From: Thermoplasmata archaeon | Lineage (GTDB): Archaea > Thermoplasmatota > Thermoplasmata > Lutacidiplasmatales > UBA184 | NCBI GenBank assembly: GCA_022749895.1 | Contig: JAKIWS010000004.1 | Coordinates: forward strand, 6,195 to 70,194 | Direction: 5' to 3' | Length of the DNA: 64,000 nt | Shown here: in pieces, positions 9,260 to 17,577 of the stretch | How the letters are laid out: each line of letters starts with the position of its first letter | Numbering within the stretch: position 1 is the stretch's first letter | Position numbers and translations under genes: made by a program | Notes under the pieces: generated by a model | The model's database searches: none | The model's input: only the letters and a program-made list of their open reading frames with translations | Told to the model about the DNA's origin: nothing

Positions 9260-10150
9260 TCAGGATCGCGGTCGAACGACGCCCCGATCGGCGCTCCGCC
9301 GACGCGCCTCCGCCACGACGTCGGGTCGACGCCACCGCCCGCGGTCGGTCCAGTACTCCCCGATGAGGCCGGGGGGCGTTCGGTCGAACAGCGCGGGGAG
9401 CGCGCTCGACGAACGCTCCCGCCATGGGACCAGCTTGGAGAGTCCCACGGCGACGACGACCGGCACATGCCATCGCCGCGCGCGCTCGGCCAGGCGTCGG
9501 GTCCCGACCTTGTGGATGATCGACCCGTCGGCCAGGAGGGAGTCGGCCCCGACGACAACGAGGTCGGCCGGGCCGACCGCCTCGTCGACCCGCTCGTCGT
9601 CGACGCAACGCGCGCGGAGCCCCGCGGCCGACATCGCCCGACTCGCGGACACTCCCTCTCCCCCGGGCTCGCTACGGAGCACGGTGACTTGGCGCGGGAC
9701 GGACGGATCCCGAAGCGACGTCAGCAAGCGGAGAATCGTCGCGCTTCGGCTGAGGGTGACCACCTCCGCCTGAGGGGGAAAGTAGTCTCGGCCGGTGCGC
9801 ACGACGGCCGGGAGCTCGTTCTCGATCCGATTCCGGGCGACACGGCTCCACGTCCGGACCGCCGCCCCGAGCCGTCCTTCGGGCGTGCTCCGAGCGAGTC
9901 CCTGAAGCTCGACGCCCGCCACCACCATCGCGCCCATCGCGGGCTGGGCGGCCGCGATCGTCCGCCCCCACGATCGTACTTTCGCGCGGCTCTCCTTGTC
10001 AGGGAGACTAGCAAGCGTCCGAACTCCCGACCCCGCGACCCGTAGCGCCCTCACCGCGAGGTCGGTCGCTCCGTGACGCCGGTCGAATTCCAGCTTAGCC
10101 AGAGCGAGCGCCGTCGGGTCCGACGCGCGCCGGCCGACCGAGCGAGCCAT
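9260..10150 (-). CDS. eIF-2B alpha/beta/delta family protein (ribose-1,5-bisphosphate isomerase / MTR-1-P isomerase-like)
   Basis: VVVGADSLLADGSIIHKVGT and VPVVVAVGLSK blocks typical of the IF-2B family. It starts 18 nt downstream of the GH15 gene on the same strand. Confidence 0.6.
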   Translation of the reverse strand: MARSVGRRASDPTALALAKLEFDRRHGATDLAVRALRVAGSGVRTLASLPDKESRAKVRSWGRTIAAAQPAMGAMVVAGVELQGLARSTPEGRLGAAVRTWSRVARNRIENELPAVVRTGRDYFPPQAEVVTLSRSATILRLLTSLRDPSVPRQVTVLRSEPGGEGVSASRAMSAAGLRARCVDDERVDEAVGPADLVVVGADSLLADGSIIHKVGTRRLAERARRWHVPVVVAVGLSKLVPWRERSSSALPALFDRTPPGLIGEYWTDRGRWRRPDVVAEARRRSADRGVVRPRS

Positions 10151-10168
10151 GGCGTGCCCGATCGCCGG

Positions 10169-12565
10169 TCAGGCGACGATCTCGATGGCGTAGTCGCGAC
10201 CCTCCCAGCCGGGACGGCGCGGCCAAAAGAACGTGAATATGACCGTCCCGCGTTCGCCGTCGGGGAGGTTGAGGTCCACGTACTCGAGCTCGAGGGCCGT
10301 CGACACAGAGTCGAGGTCCTCGACCGTCGCCCAGCCGTCCCGACTCACGTGGAGCCGGAACGGTTCGCTCGTGAGGACCCGGAGCGTTCCGCCGGCGTGA
10401 GCGACGGCGGTCTGTCGGTTCGGTTTCCACACCTCGAATCGCCGGCGCGGCGGACCGGCCGCGAGGTACCGCGCCGAGACCTCCGGGATGCATCCGAACA
10501 CCGCGCCGTCGTCGATCGACCGCAGGAGCTTGAGATACTCCGAATGGGCCCAGAGGAGCGGCATCGCGGCCCCGGTCGGTTTTCCGAGCGCGAAGTGGCG
10601 GGTCGAACCGGCGGGCCGGTCCCAGACCTGCTCGGGGAGGAGTCCGGTAGCGCTCGCGAACCGCTCCATCGCCCGGACGAACGGCGCCGGGTCCCTCCCC
10701 GCGGCGAACTCGTACATCCCCCGCTCCCCGGTGAGGAGCGGCCAGGCGCGACCGACCCCGGTGCCGAGGAACGGCCCCCCGTCCTCCGGCTCGCCGTAGC
10801 CGTCGTGGTTGTAGCGGTGCCAGACCGGCCCGGACGGCGTCTCCACCTTCAGCAACCGATCGACGAGGCGGAGCGAGTCGACGACGACCGGGTCGTGCGG
10901 CGACCGGATACCGTACCGGACGAGTTCGAGGAACCCGGGGTCGATGATCTCCTTGGCCGGGAAGACGTTCGCCGTGCCGGGCGGGAGGTTGGGCAGTTCG
11001 ACCGTCCCCGTGTTCGGGTCCTCGTCCGGGCGGGGGTCATCGAGCCGCACCGGTCGGATCCGGATGTAGTGCCGGGGGATCGTCGGGTCGAGGGTACCCG
11101 ACGTGGTCACCGTCCACGTCTCGAGATGGCTCTCCAGAAAATCGGCGTACTCCAGCAGGAACCGCTCCGTCAACGCATCGCCCCGGTCCCGGGCGAAAAC
11201 GCTCGCGGCGACGAGCGCCGCGATGTTCGCCGCGAGGGTCGAGGGAGAGTACCCGCTGAGCTCTTCCCACCGTTCCTGCCCCGTCGCCGGACCGCGGTCG
11301 ATCAGGAACCGGGCCGCGCGCAGGATCATCGGGTACGGGTCGAAGCTCTGCAGCGCCTCATCGTGCCGCAACCGGTGGGCCAGCAGGATCGGGAACGAGA
11401 CCTCGTCGAGCTGCACGCCCCGCCAGTACGGTTCCCCGTCGAGCCAGAAATTCTGCGGGAAACCGCCGTCCCACTGCTGCGCGGCCGCGAGGTAGATGAG
11501 CGCCCGAAGGGGGGTCTCCGATTGCCCGACCGCGAGGAGCCCGAGCGAGGTCTTCACAAGGTCGCGGGTCCAAACGAGATGGTACCCTCCGCGGTCGTCG
11601 TCGCCCTTCGCGTTGCCCCACGGGATCGAGAGCGACGCGATGAACGCGCCGGGAAACGTCTTGTCCTCGTGGCCGAGGAGCAGGCTGTAACTGGCGTGGT
11701 ACAGATTGCCCCGGTCGTGGCTCCGGCGCTCGAGCGGCCGGATCTTCTCACAGGCCCGGTCCCACTGGCGGCTGAACCGCTGGCGCAGGGCCGAAAACGG
11801 GGTGCCGAGGCTCTGGAGCAGCGTCGCGATCGCGCTCTCCAGGCTCTGGCCAAAAGCGAGGGCGAGGGTGAACTCGCCGGCGTCGGGAACCTCGACCTCC
11901 GCGATCAGCGCGAGGTTCCCGTCGAGGGCCCGGTCGAACTCCCAATCCATGCGGTAGTTGTCCGCGAGGTCGGTCCACCCGTCGCTGCGGCCGACGAACC
12001 CGACCGAGAGGTGGGGCAGCTCCGCGTCGGCGCCCAACGCGAGCCATGTCCCGTGCCGTTCGGCGACGAGGACCGACCGGTCGGTGAGCTCGACGACGTA
12101 GCCGTTGTTGCCCGCCCCTCCGACGTCGAGGTGCGGGGCCAGCAACGCGTAGAGATGGAGCGGAGGGTCGAGGTCGGCGCGCGGCGTGAACGTCGTTCGG
12201 AGTAGGACGGCCGGAAGATGGGGGTGAGCGATCACCTCCTTCTCGAGCACGTAGCGCCGCTCGGGGTCGCTTGCGGTCACGCGGTAGCCCAGAGCGTGGT
12301 CGCTGAGCCGGGCGACGCGCGACGCGAGATGCCGCTTTTCCTCGTGGAACAGCCCGTGGCCGTCGGCGACGAGGTACTGCAGGTCGCGGATCTGGGGGTG
12401 GTCGATGAGGGGGAAGTAGGCTTCGGTCAGGATCCCGCGTTGGATCGTGAACCATACGCGACTATCGGCCGAATAGCTGGTCCCGACACCTTCCTTGTCG
12501 CCGGCCGTCCACCGGGGGGTGATGCCCGGCGCACCGAACGCGTCGCGCTCGCCCCGGAACCTCAT
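10169..12565 (-). CDS. GH15 glucoamylase/glucodextranase-type glycoside hydrolase (N-terminal beta-sandwich, (alpha/alpha)6 barrel, C-terminal beta domain)
   Basis: N-terminus MRFRGERDAFGAPGITPRWTAGDKEGVGTSY...FTIQRGILTEAYFP is typical of prokaryotic glucoamylases. Catalytic-domain blocks HLVWTRD and GQERWEE are present. The ATG overlaps the pgl stop (ATGA at 12562..12565). Confidence 0.85.
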   Translation of the reverse strand: MRFRGERDAFGAPGITPRWTAGDKEGVGTSYSADSRVWFTIQRGILTEAYFPLIDHPQIRDLQYLVADGHGLFHEEKRHLASRVARLSDHALGYRVTASDPERRYVLEKEVIAHPHLPAVLLRTTFTPRADLDPPLHLYALLAPHLDVGGAGNNGYVVELTDRSVLVAERHGTWLALGADAELPHLSVGFVGRSDGWTDLADNYRMDWEFDRALDGNLALIAEVEVPDAGEFTLALAFGQSLESAIATLLQSLGTPFSALRQRFSRQWDRACEKIRPLERRSHDRGNLYHASYSLLLGHEDKTFPGAFIASLSIPWGNAKGDDDRGGYHLVWTRDLVKTSLGLLAVGQSETPLRALIYLAAAQQWDGGFPQNFWLDGEPYWRGVQLDEVSFPILLAHRLRHDEALQSFDPYPMILRAARFLIDRGPATGQERWEELSGYSPSTLAANIAALVAASVFARDRGDALTERFLLEYADFLESHLETWTVTTSGTLDPTIPRHYIRIRPVRLDDPRPDEDPNTGTVELPNLPPGTANVFPAKEIIDPGFLELVRYGIRSPHDPVVVDSLRLVDRLLKVETPSGPVWHRYNHDGYGEPEDGGPFLGTGVGRAWPLLTGERGMYEFAAGRDPAPFVRAMERFASATGLLPEQVWDRPAGSTRHFALGKPTGAAMPLLWAHSEYLKLLRSIDDGAVFGCIPEVSARYLAAGPPRRRFEVWKPNRQTAVAHAGGTLRVLTSEPFRLHVSRDGWATVEDLDSVSTALELEYVDLNLPDGERGTVIFTFFWPRRPGWEGRDYAIEIVA

Positions 12566-13347
12566 GCCACCCCGGGCTCGGTCCGCACCCGGGGGTCGAT
12601 TCCCGGCATGCCGTCGGCCGAAGATCGGTCGAGAAAGAACGTCCGCGCGTCGGTCGCTCCGACGCGCGCCGCGGGGACGGGGGGTTCGGGGCTGGGGAGC
12701 AGGACGCGCCGGACCACTTCCCGTTTCTCGACCCCGGTCGCGAGGAAGTAGACGTCGCGCGAGGCCGAGAGCGCCGGCAACGTCAGCGTGAGCCGCGGAA
12801 CCTTCGGGTCACGAGGCGGCTCCGACTCGACCGCGACCCAGCGGTTCGTGATCTCCACCGCCGGACGACCCGGGAACAACGAGGCCGTGTGGCCGTCGGG
12901 ACCGATACCCAATATCATCACGTCGAACACCGGCCTTCCGGCCACGAAGCGGCCTCCCGACCCGACGAGGCTCCCCAACATCTCCTCGAAGGCGGCCGCC
13001 GCCGCGGCCGGGGGGATGACCTCGCCCAGCCACCGGTGGACCTGGCGGGGGGGGATCGGCACCCGGGCAAGGAACTCGGCGAACGCCGCGCCGTAGTTGC
13101 TGCGCGGATCATCCGGCGCGACGCACCGCTCGTCGCCCCAGAGCAGATGGGTCCATTCCCACGGGAGGCGCGCGAGGCCCGGTCCCGCCAGCCAGCGGAA
13201 CAGCGGGAGCGGCGTCGTTCCGCCCGGCAGCACGAGCAGGAATCGACCTGAACGCGCAACGGCGGTGCGTCCCGCTTCGGCGAGTCGCTCGCCGACCTTC
13301 GTGGCGAGGGCTTCCGAATCCGGCAGGACTTCGACCGTCGTCCTCAC
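12562..13347 (-). CDS. pgl: 6-phosphogluconolactonase
   Basis: LVLPGGTTP, WGDERCV and GIGPDGHTASLFPG motifs. The GTG start (13347..13345) overlaps the zwf TGA (GTGA). The upstream 278 aa of ORF 12562..14184 are a shadow of zwf. Confidence 0.8.
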   Translation of the reverse strand: MRTTVEVLPDSEALATKVGERLAEAGRTAVARSGRFLLVLPGGTTPLPLFRWLAGPGLARLPWEWTHLLWGDERCVAPDDPRSNYGAAFAEFLARVPIPPRQVHRWLGEVIPPAAAAAAFEEMLGSLVGSGGRFVAGRPVFDVMILGIGPDGHTASLFPGRPAVEITNRWVAVESEPPRDPKVPRLTLTLPALSASRDVYFLATGVEKREVVRRVLLPSPEPPVPAARVGATDARTFFLDRSSADGMPGIDPRVRTEPGVA

Positions 13348-14810
13348 GGACGGGACCACGGCTCTTCGTCCGGATGCAGAAGTCCCTGCGCCGCGTCCGG
13401 GCCCCACGAGCCGGCGGCGTAGTCGTGCGGGGCCGGCGGCTGCGCGAGGAGCTTGGCGTAGAGGCGCCAGGAAGCTTCGACCTCGTCGGCGCGGACGAAC
13501 AGCGTCGCGTCGCCTTCGACGACGTCGAGGAGGAGCGTCTGGTAGGCGTCGGGGAGATTCCCGAACTGTTCCGCATACCGGAACCGCATCCGCTCGGTCT
13601 TGGTCGCGACCGTCTGGCCCGGCGCCTTCACCTCGAAGACGAGGTCGAAACCTTCGTCCGGCTGGAGCGTCATCACGAGCTCGTTCGAGTGGACCTCGTC
13701 GGGGTCGAGGTCCCGGAAGAACGTCACCGGGGGTCGCTGGAAGTTCACCACGACCTGCGTGACGCGGTTTCCCAGGCGCTTCCCCGTCCGAAGATAGAAC
13801 GGAACGCCTTGCCACCGCCAGTTTTCGATCTTGAGCCGCAGCGCGACGAACGTTTCCGTCGTCGAGCCGGCGGGAACGCCGCTCTCGGAACGGTAGGCGG
13901 GAACGGCCGCCCCGGCGATCCATCCCGCGGTGTACTGACCGAAGACCGCTTGCTCGGGTTCGACGGGGGCGATCGAATGCAGGACCTTCACCTTCTCGTT
14001 GCGGATCGCGTCCGCGTCGAACGCGGCGGGGACCTCCATGGCGATGAGCGACAGGAGCTGGGTCAGGTGGTTCTGGACCATGTCCCGGAGCGCCCCCGCG
14101 CGGTCGTAGTAGGCGGCGCGCGCCTCGACGCCGAGGTCCTCCGCGACGGTGATCTCGACCTTGGTCACACGATCCCGGCTCCACAGGGATTCGAACAGAA
14201 CGTTGGCGAACCGGAGCACGAGCAGGTTCTGGACGGTCTCTTTTCCGAGATAGTGGTCGATCCGGTAGATCGACGGTTCGTCGAAGTACGTGTGGACGAG
14301 CGCGTTCAGGTCACGCGCCGTCTCCAGGTCGCGGCCGAACGGCTTCTCGATGACGATCCGGGTCCATCCCGGACCGTGGTTCAACCCGGCCTCGGCGAGT
14401 CCCTTGATCGTCGGCGCGAACGCCTCGTACGGTAGGGCGAGGTAGAGGACCCGGTCGCCGCTGAGCTGGTGATCCGCCTCGACCTTGGCGACCCGGGCGG
14501 CGAGGTTCTGGTAATCGGCGGGGGTTCCCTCGCCGATCGACTGGTAGTGCAGCACCTTCCGGCACCAGGGGTCGATGGCGTCGGGATGGTACGGCGAGAA
14601 CTCCTTCAAACCGGCGGCCGCCCATGCCTGGTAGCTGGCGTCGTCGAACGAGGAGGTTCGCGCGGCGCCCAGCACGGCGCTCTCCGCAGGAAGATGGTCG
14701 TCCGCGGAGAGGCCGTAGAGGGCCGGGAGGAGCATCCGACGCATCAGGTCGCCTGTCGCGCCGACGACGACGAACAGCGGGCGGGTCGGGGGGGGCGCCG
14801 GGCCGGCCAT
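13344..14810 (-). CDS. zwf: Glucose-6-phosphate 1-dehydrogenase (canonical Zwf)
   Basis: VVVGATGDLMRRMLLPALY (GxxGDLx), EKPFG, RIDHYLGKE and a C-terminal dimerisation domain. Start at ATG 14810 (MAGPAPPP), 2 nt after the gnd stop. Confidence 0.9.
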   Translation of the reverse strand: MAGPAPPPTRPLFVVVGATGDLMRRMLLPALYGLSADDHLPAESAVLGAARTSSFDDASYQAWAAAGLKEFSPYHPDAIDPWCRKVLHYQSIGEGTPADYQNLAARVAKVEADHQLSGDRVLYLALPYEAFAPTIKGLAEAGLNHGPGWTRIVIEKPFGRDLETARDLNALVHTYFDEPSIYRIDHYLGKETVQNLLVLRFANVLFESLWSRDRVTKVEITVAEDLGVEARAAYYDRAGALRDMVQNHLTQLLSLIAMEVPAAFDADAIRNEKVKVLHSIAPVEPEQAVFGQYTAGWIAGAAVPAYRSESGVPAGSTTETFVALRLKIENWRWQGVPFYLRTGKRLGNRVTQVVVNFQRPPVTFFRDLDPDEVHSNELVMTLQPDEGFDLVFEVKAPGQTVATKTERMRFRYAEQFGNLPDAYQTLLLDVVEGDATLFVRADEVEASWRLYAKLLAQPPAPHDYAAGSWGPDAAQGLLHPDEEPWSRP

Positions 14811-14812
14811 GC

Positions 14813-15721
14813 TCAGCCTTCGTGCTCGACGGCGTGGCCGCCGAACTTGGAGCGCATCACCGCGAGGAGCTTGTCGCCGAACGACTCGGCTTCGCGGGAG
14901 CGGATCCGGTCGATCAGCGAGAGCGTGATCACGGGCGCCGGCACGTCGAGGTCGAACGCTTCCGTTGCCGTCCACCGGCCCTCGCCCGAGTCGACCACGA
15001 ACGGCTTGATCCCGGCGAGCTCGGGGTTCTCGTGCAACGCGGACGCGGTCAGGTCGAGGAGCCAGGAGCGGACGACGCTGCCGAACCGCCAGATCTCGGC
15101 GACCTGCGTCACGTCGAGCTCCATCGTCCCCTTGTGCTTCAGGATCGAGAATCCTTCGGCGTACGCCTGCATCATCCCGTACTCGATCCCGTTGTGGACC
15201 ATCTTGACAAAGTGACCGGCCCCGGTCGGTCCGACGCGCCCCCATCCACGGTCCGGGGCGGGGGCGAGCGTCTGGAGGAGGGGCGAAATGCGGGTGACCG
15301 CCTCGACCGGCCCTCCGGCCATCAGGCTGTACCCCTCGGCGAGCCCCCAGATCCCTCCGCTCGTGCCGACGTCCACGTACGGGAAGCCCTTCGCCGCGAG
15401 CGTGGCGCTGCGACGCAAGGTGTCCTTGTAGTACGAGTTGCCGCCGTCAACGATCAGGTCCCCGGGACCGAGCTGCGGGAGGAGCGCGTTGAGGGTGGCG
15501 TCGACCGGGTCGCCGGCGGGGATCATGAGCCAGATCACGCGCGGCGGGGTGAGCTTCTTGAGCAGCTCCTCGAGCGAGTACGCGCCGACGATCCCGCGGG
15601 CGACCGCGGCGTCGACGACCTCGCGATGGAGCGCGGTCCCCACGACCCGGTGGCCGCCGTGGACGAGCCGTTCGGCCATGTTGGCGCCCATCCGTCCCAG
15701 CCCGACCATGCCCACTTCCAT
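14813..15721 (-). CDS. gnd: 6-phosphogluconate dehydrogenase, short (~300 aa) decarboxylating type
   Basis: MVGLGRMGANMAERL Rossmann fold, DGGNSYY, GTSGG and VKMVHNGIEYGMMQAYAEG. Start at ATG 15721 (MEVGMVGLG). Confidence 0.85.
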   Translation of the reverse strand: MEVGMVGLGRMGANMAERLVHGGHRVVGTALHREVVDAAVARGIVGAYSLEELLKKLTPPRVIWLMIPAGDPVDATLNALLPQLGPGDLIVDGGNSYYKDTLRRSATLAAKGFPYVDVGTSGGIWGLAEGYSLMAGGPVEAVTRISPLLQTLAPAPDRGWGRVGPTGAGHFVKMVHNGIEYGMMQAYAEGFSILKHKGTMELDVTQVAEIWRFGSVVRSWLLDLTASALHENPELAGIKPFVVDSGEGRWTATEAFDLDVPAPVITLSLIDRIRSREAESFGDKLLAVMRSKFGGHAVEHEG

Positions 15722-15744
15722 GTTGCTCTCCCTTCGAAGGAACG

Positions 15745-17448
15745 TCAGCCACGCGGGCGCGCTTCCACCCACGCGGCGACCTCATCCACGAACTCCACCG
15801 CCGCGCCGGGCGCCGCCAACGTCACCACGGTCCGTCCCCGCTGGCGGAGCGCGGTCGCGTCCCCCCGGACCTGAGCATGGATGAGGGTACCGAAGGTGAA
15901 CTCGCTCCCGGGTACCGGGAGGTCTGGAATCGCTGCGTCGACGAGTTGGACGAACGCCCCCGTCGGGGGCCCCCCCTTGTGGAGCTGCCCGGTGGAATGG
16001 AGGAATCGCGGACCGTACCCGAGCGTGGTCGGTACGGTCAAACGGTCCCCGACCGCTCGGCGGAGCCGGTCCAGCGCCCGGTCCAGGTCGTCGGACGGCG
16101 CGAGGTAGGCCTGGAGGCCGATGTACTCGCCGGGGTGCCGCACATCGACGAGTTCCGCGAACTCCGGCGAGGACCCGGGCGAGGCCGCCGGAGGGTTCGT
16201 AGAGGTCGGGGGAGGCGCCGCGAGGGCTTGCCGAGCGAGGACCTTCGCGAACTCGACATCCGGCTGGTCGAATGGGTGGATACCGAGGGCGACCCCCGCG
16301 CAGGCGATGGCAAACTCCCACCGGAAGAATTCGCCCCCGAGCGCGAAGCGGTCGTCCCACCGGAGACGGACCGTTGGCACCCCGTGTCGTTCGAGGGCCT
16401 CCAACGCCGACTCCCGGCTCCGGTCGCCCGCGAGCGCGAGGTCCACGACGACCCGGTCGCTCCCGTAGAACTCGGGGGGACGGAACGCCTCCGACGCGAT
16501 CGGGACCAGACCTCGGCCGTCCTTCCCGGTGCTCTCGGCGATCAGCTGCTCGACCCAAATGGGGAAGGCGGAGAGCTCGGGGGAGGTCCAGATCGTCACC
16601 TTGTCGCGGCCGCGACGGCCGAGCTCCCCCAACAGCGCGCCCAGCTGGAGTCCCGGATGTCGGTCCGCACTTCGCTCCGGCCCACAGGCGGACGCCATCG
16701 CCCGCGCGGACGCGAGCAGCCGATCGAGGTCGATGCCGATGAGCGCCGCTGGCACCATCCCGAAGACGGAGAGAGCGGAGTACCGCCCCCCGAGGTCCGG
16801 GGCGGCGGCGAAGGTGGTCCGGAACCCGCGGGTCCGGGCCAGGGCCTCGAGCGGCGTTCCCGGGTCCGTGATCGCCACGAACCGGCGGCCCGGCGCCGAG
16901 GTCGTGGCCGCGACGCGTTCCCAGAAGTAGCGGAACAGCGTAAGCGTCTCCGTCGTCGTCCCCGACTTGCTGGAGACGAGGAACAAGGTGGTGTTGGGGT
17001 CGATCGCTCCCTCTACCTCACGAACCGCACCCGGGTGGGTGCTATCGAGAACGGAGAGCGTCGGAAATCCCTTGGCGGCCCCGAAGGTCCGGCCGAGCAC
17101 TTCCGGAGCGAGGCTGGAGCCGCCCATCCCCAGCAGGACGACGTTCTGGGTCCCGGCCTCCCGGGTCTCGTCGGCGAATCCCCGAAGTTCCTCGAGGCGG
17201 CCGCTGATCGCCTCCGGAAGACCCAGCCAACCGAGTCGGTCGACGATCTCGGGCCGGATCGCATCGAACCAAACGGTCGGATCCTTCTTCCAGATTCGCG
17301 CGCCGACCCCGGCCGCTTGCCAGCGGGCGAGCCGGGCCTCGACGGCCTGGCGCTCGTCGGGTGACGGTACCGCGAAGCGCCCCACCTCGGGCGTCGCCGG
17401 GACTACGGGGTCGGGAACCGCGCTCGTAGGCGGGCGAACGAGGTTCAC
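15745..17448 (-). CDS. pgi: Glucose-6-phosphate isomerase (bacterial SIS-domain PGI of the type found in transaldolase/PGI fusions)
   Basis: LLGMGGSSLAPEV, FLVSSKSGTTTETL, GGRYSALS and QLIAESTGK blocks. The start is uncertain; GTG 17448 was chosen so that it does not overlap the divergent gene. Confidence 0.75.
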   Translation of the reverse strand: MNLVRPPTSAVPDPVVPATPEVGRFAVPSPDERQAVEARLARWQAAGVGARIWKKDPTVWFDAIRPEIVDRLGWLGLPEAISGRLEELRGFADETREAGTQNVVLLGMGGSSLAPEVLGRTFGAAKGFPTLSVLDSTHPGAVREVEGAIDPNTTLFLVSSKSGTTTETLTLFRYFWERVAATTSAPGRRFVAITDPGTPLEALARTRGFRTTFAAAPDLGGRYSALSVFGMVPAALIGIDLDRLLASARAMASACGPERSADRHPGLQLGALLGELGRRGRDKVTIWTSPELSAFPIWVEQLIAESTGKDGRGLVPIASEAFRPPEFYGSDRVVVDLALAGDRSRESALEALERHGVPTVRLRWDDRFALGGEFFRWEFAIACAGVALGIHPFDQPDVEFAKVLARQALAAPPPTSTNPPAASPGSSPEFAELVDVRHPGEYIGLQAYLAPSDDLDRALDRLRRAVGDRLTVPTTLGYGPRFLHSTGQLHKGGPPTGAFVQLVDAAIPDLPVPGSEFTFGTLIHAQVRGDATALRQRGRTVVTLAAPGAAVEFVDEVAAWVEARPRG

Positions 17449-17577
17449 GATATGGGGCTTTGCGTCCCGATAGAGGGAGGTTCCGGGTCGAGGTTGCTCG
17501 TCATCGACTCCCGTAAGTTTGGCTCCGCCACTGTTATCCCGAGTTCGCCTCCTCTTACCGCTCCCGCGAGGCTTCCG

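Noticed and set aside
10073-12205. 710-aa plus-strand ORF antisense to the GH15 glucoamylase. Similar antisense ORFs lie opposite S9 (801..2165), M3 (3274..4920), zwf (13374..14435), pgi (15877..17364), tkt (24639..25907), the second GH15 (28069..29553) and leuB/leuC (61022..62812, 62853..63926).
   Set aside because: There are no family motifs, the amino-acid composition is biased, and every one mirrors a homology-supported gene on the other strand.
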